A stretch of DNA of 64,000 nt, taken from positions 186,001 through 250,000 of the forward strand of contig NIVC01000004.1 of assembly GCA_002269645.1 (NCBI GenBank), read 5' to 3'. Below the pieces are notes generated by a model, which had not been told where the DNA came from, ran no database searches, and saw only the letters and a list, made by a program, of their open reading frames with translations. Both the position numbers and the translations under genes were made by a program. The DNA is from Macrostomum lignano (Eukaryota). Position 1 is the stretch's first letter. The number at the start of each line of letters is the position of its first letter. Positions 12,678-34,291 of the stretch are shown here, one piece after another.

Positions 12678-14580
12678 ATGCAGGCCCGTCCCACCGCCAC
12701 TCGACATTTCGGATATGCCCAGCAGTGGGCTCTGCAGTCGCCGGCCAGCGGGGCCGCCTTCTCTGTGAAGAGCCTGCTGGCCCTTGAATCGCCCGCGGCG
12801 GAGCAGCGGAAGGAGGCGGCAATGACGGCCGCCGGACCGCCAGAGCCGCGGCTGGAGACTGCGGCGTCCCAGTGGTGTAGGGGTCCGTGACAGCTGATTT
12901 CTGCTGTAGATAGCTATGTTGAGTCCCACCTTCCCGCCTCCCCATTTCCCTGAGTCCCACCTTCCCGCCTCCCCATTTCCCTGAGTCCCACCTTCCCGCC
13001 TTACTGAGTCCCTGCACCTTCCTGCCTCCCAGTTCCGACACCTTGACTTAGCTGCACGGGGCTCCGTGCATCCGGATGCAGCGAGGAGGCTTTGCCGCCC
13101 ATTTCGCTAACACCTGGCGACCACGGGCAGCTAGTGCATCCTTGCACCTTCCCGCCCGCCTGAGTCTCGGCACCTTCCCGCCCGCCTGAGTCCCGGCACC
13201 TTCCTGCCTCCCTGAGTCTCGGCACCTTCCCGCCCGCCTGAGTCCCGGCACCTTCCTGCCTCCCTGAGTCTCGGCACCTTCCTGCCCGCCTGAGTCCCGG
13301 CACCTTCCTGCCTCCCTGAGTCTCGGCACCTTCCTGCCTCCCTGAGTCCCGGCACCTTCCTGCCTCCCTGAGTCTCGGCACCTTCCTGCCTCCCTGAGTC
13401 CCGGCACCTTCCTACCTCCCTGAGTCCCGGCACCTTCCTACCTTCCTGAGTCTCGGCACCTTCCCGCCCCCTGAGTCCCGGCACCTTCCTGCCTCCCTGA
13501 GTCCCTGCACCTTCCCGCCTCTCTGAGTCCCTACACCTTCCCGCCTCTCTGAGTCCCTGCACCTTCCCGCCTCTCTGAGTCCCTGCACCTTCCCGCCTCT
13601 CTGAGTCCCTGCACCTTCCCGCCTCTCTGAGTCCCTGCACCTTCCCGCCTCTCTGAGTCCCTGCACCTTCCCGCCTCTCTGAGTCCCTGCACCTTCCCGC
13701 CTCTCTGAGTCCCTGCACCTTCCCGCCTCTCTGAGTCCCTGCACCTTCCCGCCTCTCTGAGTCCCGGCACCTTCCTGCCTCCCTGAGTCCCTGCACCTTC
13801 CCGCCTCTCTGAGTCCCAACCTTCAATCAAATCTATCAGCGAATCAATGAGATTAACGCAGGATTAAAGCGCAGTTTTACACCGGCTTTCGCAGGCCCAT
13901 CCTCTCCACCGCCGCCGTCCTTGTCGCCGGAAATCCCCGCTGCCGCACCCGTCGGCGCCGAGTTCGACAGAGCCACCGAAAGCGAAGTCGCCGTGGACTT
14001 CAACAGGGACGACAAGGCAGCAGCCGCTCCAGCGGCCGGACGGCCAGTCAGCGGCGGAGCGGCGGCGTCCGCAGCGCGAAAGCGGAAGCGGCGGGTGCTG
14101 TTCACGAAGCAGCAGACGCTGGAGCTGGAGCGGCGCTTTCACCAGCAGCGCTACCTGTCGGCGCCGGAGCGCGAGCACCTGGCCAGATTTGTGAACTTGT
14201 CGCCCACCCAGGTGAAAATTTGGTTCCAGAATCATCGCTACAAGATGAAGCGCGCCCGACCCGGCGACGGCCCGAGGGAGCCGCAGGGAGCATCCAAGCA
14301 GCTGGACCAGCACCAGCAGCAGTACCAGCAACACCAGCTGTCATACCAATACCAGCCTCAGTACCAGCCGCATTATCAGCACCAGCTGCAGCAACATCTT
14401 CACCATCTGCAGCAGCTTCATCAGCAGGCGCAGCCGCCGCTGCAGCCGCCTGTGCCGCAGCATCAGGAAATTCAGCATCACCAGCCGCCGGTGCCGCAGC
14501 CTCCGCCCTACATGATGGCGCAGCTGGGCATGGCGCCGCCCCCGTTCGCCCCGCTGCTGCCTTCGAGCATGTGGTGCTGA
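12678..14580 (+). CDS. nkx2.2-like: NK2-class homeobox protein, Nkx2.2/vnd-like, ~307 aa, 2 exons
   Basis: Exon 1 (12678-12882) carries the TN/eh1 motif FSVKSLL. Exon 2 (13862-14580) carries the homeodomain [61 protein letters not shown] with the NK2-diagnostic Tyr54. Phase-1 join; 924 nt. Confidence 0.88.
12920..13825. repeat. 26-bp intronic minisatellite filling most of the NK2 intron
   Basis: Unit CTGAGTCCCTGCACCTTCCCGCCTCT and variants, with a short unique interruption near 13030-13135. Confidence 0.92.
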
Positions 14581-14903
14581 ATTCGCACCTGTTGGACCAT
14601 TTTAATGAGCTTTTTTAAACTTCCGAACACATTGAGTTTCCCAATTCCTGTCAGAGCTTTGCTCAACCATCTGCTCAGTCCCTCCTGGTGCCAAAACAAG
14701 GACGGAAAGCAGCACTGACAATGCGGCCCCTCATGCAGCCCATTGGATGTTTCCCGCTCTCTAAAGAAGCCTAGAAATTTATGACAGCTGAGGAGAGGAA
14801 GAGAAAAAATGTTTTTATTTTATGACTTGAGCGCCCCCTCCGCGCCAGCCCACGCAGGCAGACTTTTGGAGTCATGGAGTTCCGAGTGCTCAAGGAGTTC
14901 CGG

Positions 14904-15312
14904 ACTCCGCAAGGATAGATAAGGTGGCTGGGGACTCCGCAAGGATAGATAAGATGGCTGGGGACTCCGCAAGGTTAGATAAGATGGCTGGGGACTCCGC
15001 AAGGATAGATAAGATGGCTGGGGACTCCGCAAGGATAGATAAGATGGCTGGTGACTCCGCAAGGTTAGATAAGATGGCTGGGGACTCCGCAAGGATAGAT
15101 AAGATGGTTGGGGCTCCGCAAGGATAGATAAGATGGCTGGGGACTCCGCAAGGATAGATAAGATGGCTGGGGACCCCGCAAAGATAGATAGGATGGCTGG
15201 GGACTCCGCAAGGATAGATAGGATGTCTGGGGACTCCGCAAGGACAGATAAGATGGCTGGGGACTCCGCAAGGATAGATAAGATGGCTGGGGACTCCGCA
15301 AGGACAGATAAG
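14904..15312. repeat. 30-bp minisatellite
   Basis: Unit GGGACTCCGCAAGGATAGATAAGATGGCTG. Confidence 0.93.
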
Positions 15313-16045
15313 AAGATACAAGGTAAGATAGACAATCATAGATATTATTTTGTATCCGATTCCTCTAATAAATACTTGGATGGCACAGGGTCCACTGGTT
15401 TTACGGTCTGCCATTTTGAGTTCAGTCAGTTACATTCCATTCCAGATATCTGATCCCGGAACTTCATGACCTGCCAACCCCCCCCCCTCCCTAGGGAAGC
15501 TGCTAGAGGAATCTCACTGTCGGACAATGGCCTTTTTATTTTATATGGGATTTTTATTGCTTGAATGTGGGAGGTACAAAAAGGCAAATTGGGATTTGAA
15601 CAGGCCTTAACAGCTCAACGGAGCAAGGACAGAAAATGAGCCTGCAGCTCAGAATGCCCATTCAGGCTGCCGTTTTGAGCATCAAGGATGCAGGATAGCT
15701 GCACCAGAACGAGAAGCTGCTTGCATTATCGAGTTCCCCTGCTATTTTCTCTGCCAGTTGTCATGAAGTTCCGCTGAGTTTCTGACGCCCAGCGAGTCAA
15801 CCTGAAACTTTGCTCAAGAATGTACCGAGATTGTCGCCTTCGCTTCTCCATGTACAGCCACGGGCCTGCGTGCCCTCTCGCTGAAGATTTCCCAGAATTT
15901 TGTTTTTATTCTTTCAACAGACATTGTCGCTCTGGTTTTGTATCGAAAATAAAATTTTGCTTGCTTTCTCGCGTGTTTTCAAGCCATTTTTAGTCACGCA
16001 TCAACTGCTGCCTTTGGTTTTTGGCCATTTTTTATCTGTTGCCCT

Positions 16046-17533
16046 GAGAGAGAATCTCACCCCAGTGTCCCCTTTCCCTGAGAGAATCTCACCCCAGTGT
16101 CCTCTCTCCCTGAGAGAATCTTACCCCAGATTCCCCTCTTCCTGAGAAAATCTCACACCTAGTGTCCTCTCTCCCTGAGAGAATCTTACCCCAGATTCCC
16201 CTCTTCCTGAGAAAATCTCACACCTAGTGTCCTCTCTCCCTGAGAGAATCTCGCCCCTAGTGTCCTCTCTTCTGAGAGAATCTCACCCCAGTGTCCTCTC
16301 TCCCTGAGAGAATCTCACACCTAGTGTCCTCTCTCCCTGAGAGAATCTCACCCCAGTGTCCCCTTTCCCTGAGAGAATCTCGCCCCTAGTGTCCTCTCTC
16401 CCTGAGAGAATCTCACCCCTAGTGTCCTCTCTCCCTGAGAGAATCTCACACCTAGTGTCCTCTCTCCCTGAGAGAATCTCGCCCCTAGTGTCCTCTCTTC
16501 TGAGAGAATCTCACCCCAGTGTCCTCTCTCCCTGAGAGAATCTCACACCTAGTGTCCTCTCTCCCTGAGAGAATCTCACCCCAGTGTCCCCTTTCCCTGA
16601 GAGAATCTCGCCCCTAGTGTCCTCTCTCCCTGAGAGAATCTCGCCCCAGATTCCCCTCTCCCTGAGAGAATCTTACCCCAGTTTCCTCTCTCCCTGAGAG
16701 AATCTCGCCCCTAGTGTCCTCTCTCCCTGAGAGAATCTCACCCCAGTGTCCTCTCTCCCTGAGAGAATCTCGCCCCTAGTGTCCTCTCTCCCTGAGAGAA
16801 TCTCACCCCAGTGTCCTCTCTCCCTGAGAGAATCTCACCCCTTGTGTCCTCTCTCCCTGAGAGAATCTCACCCCTAGTGTCCTCTCTCCCTGAGAGAATC
16901 TCACACCTAGTGTCCTCTCTCCCTGAGAGAATCTCACCCCTAGTGTCCTCTCTCCCTGAGAGAATCTCACACCTAGTGTCCTCTCTCCCTGAGAGAATCT
17001 CACCCCTAGTGTCCTCTCTCCCTGAGATAATCTCGCCCCTAGTGTCCTCTCTCCCTGAGAGAATCTCGCCCCTAGTGTCCTCTCTCCCTGAGAGAATCTC
17101 ACCCCTTGTGTCCTCTCTCCCTGAGATAATCTCGCCCCTAGTGTCCTCTCTCCCTGAGAGAATCTCGCCCCTAGTGTCCTCTCTCCCTGAGAGAATCTCA
17201 CCCCTAGTGTCCTCTCTCCCTGAGAGAATCTCACCCCTAGTGTCCTCTCTCCCTGAGAGAATCTCACCCCTAGTGTCCTCTCTCCCTGAGAGAATCTCGC
17301 CCCTAGTGTCCTCTCTCCCTGAGAGAATCTCACCCCTAGTGTCCTCTCTCCCTGATAGAATCTCGCCCCTAGTGTCCTCTCTCCCTGAGAGAATCTCGCC
17401 CCTAGTGTCCTCTCTCCCTGAGAGAATCTCACCCCAGTGTCCCCTTTCCCTGAGAGAATCTCGCCCCTAGTGTCCTCTCTCCCTGAGAGAATCTCACCCC
17501 TAGTGTCCTCTCTCCCTGATAGAATCTCACCCC
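16046..17533. repeat. 33-bp minisatellite, ~45 copies
   Basis: Unit CCTGAGAGAATCTCACCCCTAGTGTCCTCTCTC. Confidence 0.95.
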
Positions 17534-17942
17534 TGTACATCGCCCCCCCCCCATGAAAAGGCTGGAATGCCAGCGCTGCACTCCAGGTGAACAGCTTTCA
17601 AAATTGCAGCAGACGTGGAGCCAAGGCGAGGCGAGAACCGCAACCAACCATTCAGGAGAAGCAAAATTTCACACAGAGTCAAAGAGCAGCTTCTCGAGGT
17701 CAGGCAGGCCAGGTGGCAGTGTGAGCACTGATCTCAGCTGAGACACCTTATCAGCACTGCATGGAATAGGGACAGGAGAGAAAGAGGCGAGCCTCAGATA
17801 GGGACGCAGAAGTGGCTTGCCGAACTTTGATAAAAACTCACCTGAGAACCCGCTCTCCGGGTTTGAGGCTCTCCTAGAAGAAGACCTGCCGGTGCGCACT
17901 AGAAAATCGAAAGCTTTAATTTGCTTCCCAAATCAACAAACA

Positions 17943-27905
<9,963 letters not shown>

Positions 27906-28690
27906 TGAAATTCTCGGTTTGAATTCGCAAAATGAATAACAAAGTTAACCTAAGCATACTTTAGAATTATGGTTAAATAAAAAATGAAATTGAGCAATAT
28001 TTCAGTTTTATGGCACCTGAAAGATTCATGCAGCAGGTGAATCGAATTCTGCCGTTCTCTATCGTTGCCCGAGTTTCTCAGTGTGCACAGGCGCGGCTCA
28101 GAGTCTGCTTCTGCACATTGTGTAGCCAGTTGGCACAATGGTAGCGGCAGAGCCCCCCCCCCACCTGCCGCTGCTGCTGCTCAGCCAGCTGCACAATAAA
28201 GTCCGCCTCTCCTCTCTCCGTCTGTATCTTCGTCATCTTGAGTAGGCCGTCTCAAGTTGAGCCGCCAACTCGAGCGTGACCATGTGGACCGATGAGGCTT
28301 CTCTCTTTTCGTTTCTGTTCTTGTTCTGCTCTTGAGTCCCCGTCTCTCTCGAGATAGGGGGGGGGGGTGCACGTGCAGCGCGTGGCCAGGGAGCACTGGA
28401 GTCAGCATCTGGAGTGGGCGACTCACCCAGAAGTTTGTCTCACTCCAGACATGGCATGAATCAAATTAGCATAATCTCCAGTGACAACTTTGATTCCTTT
28501 TATTCCTTGGGTCGGATAAATTCTCGATGTTAAGTTAATATAAGAATCGATCCTCTTTTCAGTAATTGAAATCTTTTCTACAATCCACGAAAAAAAGAAA
28601 GATTTTTCACTTCTTTGTTATAAACTCAAGTATAAGGTTTCACCCCCATGGACTGATTTATCTGGCCCACATACAAGACTGAGGACTGCG

Positions 28691-29972
28691 TTGATTGGCC
28701 GAGGCGAGAGCGAAAAAGTACAGCGGCACAAGACTGTTTCCGAGGATAAGTTGCGGCTGAAAATTGACGGAAACTTTCCCGAGTCGACGCGGAGGAAGGC
28801 CGAGTGGATGGTGAAGATCTTCATGGAATGGCATGAGGAAAAGAAGAAAGTATGGGCTACCGGTGGAGGACCCTCATTGATGGTGCTGAAGGAACTGAAG
28901 GAGATGTTAAGGGCTGATCTCAACTATCTTCTAAAGTTCTTTGTACTGGAAGTTAGGAAGAAAGGTGGTGAGAGATATGGAGCCTCTTCATTGAAGGATT
29001 TTGTTTCAATGTTACAATTCCATGTTCAAGTTGTTCTTAGACGTAATTGGAGTATTTGGAAGGACGCCGAATTCATCGAAACGAGACATGCTTTGGATGT
29101 AGCAATGAAGGAATCCACGCAAGACGGCAAGGGTGCGGGGCTACGAAAAGCGGCCGTAATACCGAATGACGCCGAGGAGAGGCTGTGGAGTGAAGGTGTA
29201 CTTGGAGTGTCAACACCCAAGAAGCTACTGAATGCGCTTCTCTGGCTCATTGGACTCCATTTTGCACTACGCTCGTACGTGGAGGTGCTGAATTGCGGGA
29301 CATAGAATTCGAAAAGCAAATTTCTATTGGATTCGTGGACGGAGAGGAATGCCTGGATTACAAGGACAATAGGATTACGAAGAATAATCAAGGAGGCCTA
29401 AAATCGCTGCGAAAGGATCCAAAATTTGTTCGGGCTTTTCATAGCCCGGACCATCAACGTTGCATCGTCTGTGTGTGCAAGGAATTTGTTTCCCATCGTC
29501 CTACTGCAGTTGTTGCACAGCATTGTTCCTTGCAGTCAACAGGAACTGGAAGGCGGAGACTCAGGGCGAGTGGTATACGAAGGGTCCCATTGGACGCCAC
29601 ACACTTTCAACAGTCGTTTCGGATCTGATGAAGGAAGTCGCTCCGAATGACACGGCTCGATCCACCAACCAAAGCTTGAGAAAGACATGCGCCACCCGGC
29701 TGCAGGAATCCGGCATGCAGCTCGCCGATATATGCCGTGTAACGGGGCATAGCAGCACCGCCGTGGAGAAGTACATTGGAGTGTCCGTAAACCAACAGAG
29801 AATGATCAGCGAGACGCTCAGGATGACGTCTGGAGTAGCGACAACAACACCTGCGTCTACAGCTCCGCCTGATGCCGTCTCAACGTCTGCCGTTGACACT
29901 GCGACCCCCAAAAAGAAGATGCGACTAGAAATATGCGGTGAGACTAACAGAATCAGCATCCACTTTGACTGA
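28691..29972 (+). mobile_element. Decayed Crypton/DUF3504-type tyrosine recombinase (DNA transposon relic, two frameshifts)
   Basis: Three consecutive ORFs (28691..29305, 29293..29628, 29460..29972) carry FFVLEVRKKGGERY, LWSEGVLGVSTPKKLLNALLW, HFALRS, KNNQGG, NQSLRKT, VTGHSS and EKY, the ZMYM/KCTD1/QRICH1-related YR signature. Termini were not identified. Confidence 0.8.
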
Positions 29973-30290
29973 TCAATAATTAATTAATTTAATTAACTTC
30001 GATTGACAACAATAAGCGTTTATATGAAATTAGATGTCATTGAAATGTATTTAGATGGTTGGATGGGGGACCTTTATTGGCTTAATTTTAAAAAAATGCT
30101 CCCAGCCTGAACTCGGTTTCTTGTCCAGAATTCTAGGTTTTTAGCCATCCATGGTGCGGCGCTGGGGTGTTGGTTAGAATAGGGGCCACGCAGGCTGCCA
30201 CTGGGTGCTGCAAGAGACGGCATAAAAATTGCCATCCAAGTTGAGAAGACAATTAGTTAGTGAGAAAGCCCAGCTAGCCAGCAGACTCTG

Positions 30291-30782
30291 ACCCGAGCAC
30301 CTGTCGGCCAGCGCAAAGACTCTCTGAAGACCCGAGCACCTGTCAGCCAGCGCAGAGACTCTCTGAAGACCCGAGCACCTGTCGGCAAGCGCAGAGACTC
30401 TCTGAAGACCCGAGCACCTGTCGGCCAGCGCAAAGACTCTCTGAAGACCCGAGCACCTGTCGGCCAGCGCAAAGACTCTCTGAAGACCCGAGCACCTGTC
30501 AGCCAGCGCAGAGACTCTCTGAAGACCCGAGCACCTGTCGGCCAGCGCAGAGACTCTCTGAAGACCCGAGCACCTGTCGGCCAGCGCAGAGACTCTCTGA
30601 AGACCCGAGCACCTGTCAGCCAGCGCAGAGACTCTCTGAAGACCCGAGCACCTGTCGGCAAGCGCAGAGACTCTCTGAAGACCCGAGCACCTGTCGGCAA
30701 GCGCAGAGACTCTCTGAAGACCCGAGCACCTGTCGGCAAGCGCAGAGACTCTCTGAAGACCCGAGCACCTGTCGGCCAGCGC
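30291..30782. repeat. 39-bp minisatellite ending ~20 bp upstream of the TRP start codon
   Basis: Unit GACCCGAGCACCTGTCGGCCAGCGCAGAGACTCTCTGAA. Confidence 0.95.
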
Positions 30783-30802
30783 ATCACACCGAAAGCTCCA
30801 GC

Positions 30803-33800
30803 ATGGCGGAGAGGCGCCGCAAACAGGGCCGGCCGGGCGGCTCCCGGATGGCCGTCATCACCGGTCACAGTCCGGTGCTGAATGCCTACTACGACGGCGA
30901 TCTGGACAAGCTGCGTGAGCTGCTGGTGGCGGACGAAGACAACCTGGTCAACCCCGGCAACACCGGCCAGCCTCTGTGCTTCCTGGCCGCGCGAGAGAAC
31001 CGCAAGGGGGTCCTGCGCGTCATCCACGGCGTCAGCGGCGACCTGCGCTACCTTGGCTACACGGACAACGAGGGCGAAAACTGCCTGTTCACTGCCATCC
31101 GCTCCAGCAGCCTGCGGGCCGCCAAGTTCCTCCTGAGCGTCGGCTTCGACCCGAACCAACAAAACCGACACGGCCAGACGCCGCTGCACATCGCCTGCAT
31201 CGTCGACGACCCGCACTTCGTGCACCTCCTGCTCCATTCTGGCGCGGATCCAAACGTCTGCGACTCCAGTGGCAATTTGCCGCTGCACCGCGCCTGCCAG
31301 GAGAACCAGCCGCGAATGGTGCGGATGCTGCTGCTGCACACCCGCGACATCAACGCCAAGGCCGCGGCGAACCGGACGGCAATGCACTTTGCTGCCCTGT
31401 CGCAGTCGCTGGACCTGCTGACCCTCCTCCTTGCCGCCGGGGCCAGCTGCCACGTCTTTGATTCTGACCGCCGCTCGCCCATGGACATTGTGCTGTCCCT
31501 GGGCAACCTTATCATCATGACGGGCTTGTCTGAGTACTTCACGCACCGCGTGAAGGGCACCATAGACGATCTGGAGACGCTGCAGCACTCTCCAGAATTC
31601 GGCGAAGTGCTCACTACGTTGCAGGCGGTGGACGACGACCTGGAGAACCCGGTTCAGCTCGTGTGCGACTTCCACGGCCTGCAGCCGGTGGAGCTGACGG
31701 AAGACATTCAGGCGGGCATCCTGCAGAAGATCCGCGATCGCGAGCGCCTCGACTTTATGCAGTTTCGCAGTCTGCTCCGTCACGTGATCAGCGGCGACTT
31801 GTCCACCAAGCTGGTAGAAAGAGGCATCCTGCCAGAGTTCGCCGAGATGGTCGCCAAGCAGGTGCTGTACCGCGAAGACGTCGAAATGCTGCGCCTGCTG
31901 ATGTTTGGCACCACGCTGTGGCGGCACCTGTCGGCCGAGCTGGAGAAGCATATCATGACTCTGTACAACGACTGCGGCGAGCTGGGCTCCACCGGCATGC
32001 AGAACATGCGCTGCCGGTTCTTCGGCGACCGAAAGACTGGCCAGGTTTCGGAGGCGCTGATGCTGAAGTTCTTTGCCAAGTTTCTCAACATGTCCAACAT
32101 GCTGCCGTGCGAGCATGAGCACAGCAGCTTCATGCGCAACCCCATCAAGACCCTGCCAGTGTGGTCCGTGCTCACCGGCCGCTTCCTACTCACGGAGGAG
32201 CTGCTGAAGGCCGAGCAATTCGACATGCTGCCCCTGGGCCTGTTCTGCATCCGGCTGCTGCGCCGGCTGGCCAAGAGCCGCCAGATGCCGCGGCCTTCGA
32301 AGAGCCTCATGAACAGCGTCGCTGACAAGATCGAGAGCGTCTGCATGAAGCTGCTGCGGGCTGTGGACAAACTTGACGTAAGCGAGAAGAAGGCCGTGTC
32401 CATAAACTACATCCGGCAGAAGATGCCGGCGTACTCCAACCTCACCTGCATGTCGCTGGCTGCCGGAGGCGAGTGCGAAGCCTTCATGGTGATGAACACC
32501 GTGCAGACCGCTGTGGAGCGCGAGTGGTACCAGAAGCTGTTCCATCTCTCCCATTGGCGCCGGGAGATCATCATCCTCCTGGGGATCGTGCCGTACAACC
32601 CCATTCTCTACTGGGCGCTGCAAATCTCGGCCAGCAAGGACGCGGGCGACACCGTGCTGCACTCGCAAGAAGAGGCTCCCGTCCCAGTGGCGCAAGACAC
32701 GCCCGACTCGAGCGGGCACGGGCACGAAGCCGGGCAGAAGGAGAAGACGATGCCTACCATACAGGAAGAAGGCGCCGCTGAGGATCCCGATCACATCGAC
32801 GAGCATCATGACTTGGTTCACGAGGATCCCATGATTGAGCATCACGATGAGCACCACGGTGACAGCCTGCCCCACGACGAGAGAGATAGAGACCAGGAGC
32901 ACCTGATTGAGCCAGAAGGTCACGGCCACGGTCACGGGCACGAAGAGGCTAAGAGTCAAAGTAACGGTCACGGTCATGGTCACGGTCACGGTCACGGTCA
33001 CGGTCACGGTCACGGTCACGGTCACGCGCATGACAAGCCAGAGGCTGCGCCGAGGTCACGGGTGGTGCAGGCAATCATAAACTACGGGTCCACCTGCACG
33101 GAGTTCTACCTGACGCCTTGTGTTCGATTTCACTACCACATCATCTCGCACTTGGCCTTCATCGTCATGTTCTCCTACGTGATGATTGTGCACTTCAGCT
33201 ACCGACTGCACGTTGTCGAGACCATCGTGTACCTGTTTGTTCTCGGCTTCCTGCTCGAGGAGCTGCACGAGATGAACGTCGCCAGACAGAAGGGCACCAT
33301 GAAGAGCTACTTCCGGGACGGCTGGAACATGATTGACAACTTCGGCATCGCGACCTGCCTGCTGGGCTTCTGCATGCGGTTGGTCCGCCTGCCCCTGGCG
33401 AAGCACACCGACATCCAGCATATTTCCTTCGGTGACGACTACTTCTGGTGGACCCGATTCGTGCTCATAATATCCTGCCTGGTGTTCTGGCTGCGCCTGC
33501 TGTACGTGTCCACCGTGATGGTGACGCTCGGTCCCAAGCTGAAGATGATCTCCGTGATGATCACACGCGACCTCGTGCCGTTCCTCATCATGCTGGCCAT
33601 CATGATGTTCGGCTTCGGGCTCGTCATCCACGGCCTGCTGTTTCCCAACGGGTTCGCCATGGGCAATCCACACAAGAGGTCCGGGCTGCGAATATTCGAG
33701 AGCACCTTCCGCATCACCTTCTACGCCATGGTTGGCGACTACAGCATGGACATCATCACCGGCAACGACTGCGAGAAGGACGCCCGCTGCCCGCACCCGG

Positions 33801-34291
33801 TGGGCAAGGTGGTCGTGCCCAACATCATTATGACGGTCTACATCATCATCGTGACCATCCTGTTGCTGAACCTTATCGTGGCCTCCTTCTCCAAGACTGT
33901 TGACGAGATTCAAAAGAAGTCCTTCGCCATGTGGCAGTTCGAGCGCTACGACCTGCTTGAGGAGTTCCGCGTCCGGTCGCCGGTGCCGCCGCCCTTCAAC
34001 ATCATCGGCGAGCTGCTGCGCGGCCTGGCCGCCCTGGTCACCATGGTGCGCAGGCGCAGCGGCGCCGTCCCCTTCAGCAAGACGAAGTTCAACAAGCACC
34101 GGGTGATCAAGTTCCTCACCCTGCAAGCCTTCGCCCTGCGCGGCCAGCGCAAGCAGCTGGTGGGCGAGCTGGAAATCGAGGACCCGGACAAGTTGCTGCC
34201 AGAGATCGGGCGGCAGCTCAAGCGGGCCGAGCAGCAGCTGCAGTTCCTGCAGAAGATCTCGGGCGAAGAGGAAGCCATCGATGATGATTAG
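30803..34291 (+). CDS. Intronless ankyrin-repeat TRPM-like cation channel, 1162 aa, with a His/Gly-rich insert
   Basis: About 6 ankyrin repeats (GQTPLHIAC, GNLPLHRAC); MHR3/4-like segments (PVWSVLTGR, LTCMSLAA..VQTAVEREW); 6 TM segments (YFRDGWNMID, LGPKLKMISVM); pore YAMVGDY with paired Cys; TRP helix WQFERY followed by PVPPPF. Confidence 0.92.
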   Translation: MAERRRKQGRPGGSRMAVITGHSPVLNAYYDGDLDKLRELLVADEDNLVNPGNTGQPLCFLAARENRKGVLRVIHGVSGDLRYLGYTDNEGENCLFTAIRSSSLRAAKFLLSVGFDPNQQNRHGQTPLHIACIVDDPHFVHLLLHSGADPNVCDSSGNLPLHRACQENQPRMVRMLLLHTRDINAKAAANRTAMHFAALSQSLDLLTLLLAAGASCHVFDSDRRSPMDIVLSLGNLIIMTGLSEYFTHRVKGTIDDLETLQHSPEFGEVLTTLQAVDDDLENPVQLVCDFHGLQPVELTEDIQAGILQKIRDRERLDFMQFRSLLRHVISGDLSTKLVERGILPEFAEMVAKQVLYREDVEMLRLLMFGTTLWRHLSAELEKHIMTLYNDCGELGSTGMQNMRCRFFGDRKTGQVSEALMLKFFAKFLNMSNMLPCEHEHSSFMRNPIKTLPVWSVLTGRFLLTEELLKAEQFDMLPLGLFCIRLLRRLAKSRQMPRPSKSLMNSVADKIESVCMKLLRAVDKLDVSEKKAVSINYIRQKMPAYSNLTCMSLAAGGECEAFMVMNTVQTAVEREWYQKLFHLSHWRREIIILLGIVPYNPILYWALQISASKDAGDTVLHSQEEAPVPVAQDTPDSSGHGHEAGQKEKTMPTIQEEGAAEDPDHIDEHHDLVHEDPMIEHHDEHHGDSLPHDERDRDQEHLIEPEGHGHGHGHEEAKSQSNGHGHGHGHGHGHGHGHGHGHAHDKPEAAPRSRVVQAIINYGSTCTEFYLTPCVRFHYHIISHLAFIVMFSYVMIVHFSYRLHVVETIVYLFVLGFLLEELHEMNVARQKGTMKSYFRDGWNMIDNFGIATCLLGFCMRLVRLPLAKHTDIQHISFGDDYFWWTRFVLIISCLVFWLRLLYVSTVMVTLGPKLKMISVMITRDLVPFLIMLAIMMFGFGLVIHGLLFPNGFAMGNPHKRSGLRIFESTFRITFYAMVGDYSMDIITGNDCEKDARCPHPVGKVVVPNIIMTVYIIIVTILLLNLIVASFSKTVDEIQKKSFAMWQFERYDLLEEFRVRSPVPPPFNIIGELLRGLAALVTMVRRRSGAVPFSKTKFNKHRVIKFLTLQAFALRGQRKQLVGELEIEDPDKLLPEIGRQLKRAEQQLQFLQKISGEEEAIDDD

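Noticed and set aside
30257-32122. 621-aa minus-strand ORF
   Set aside because: Antisense shadow of the GC3-rich TRP gene plus the 39-bp array; no domain signal. The same applies to shadow ORFs over the other GC-rich exons.
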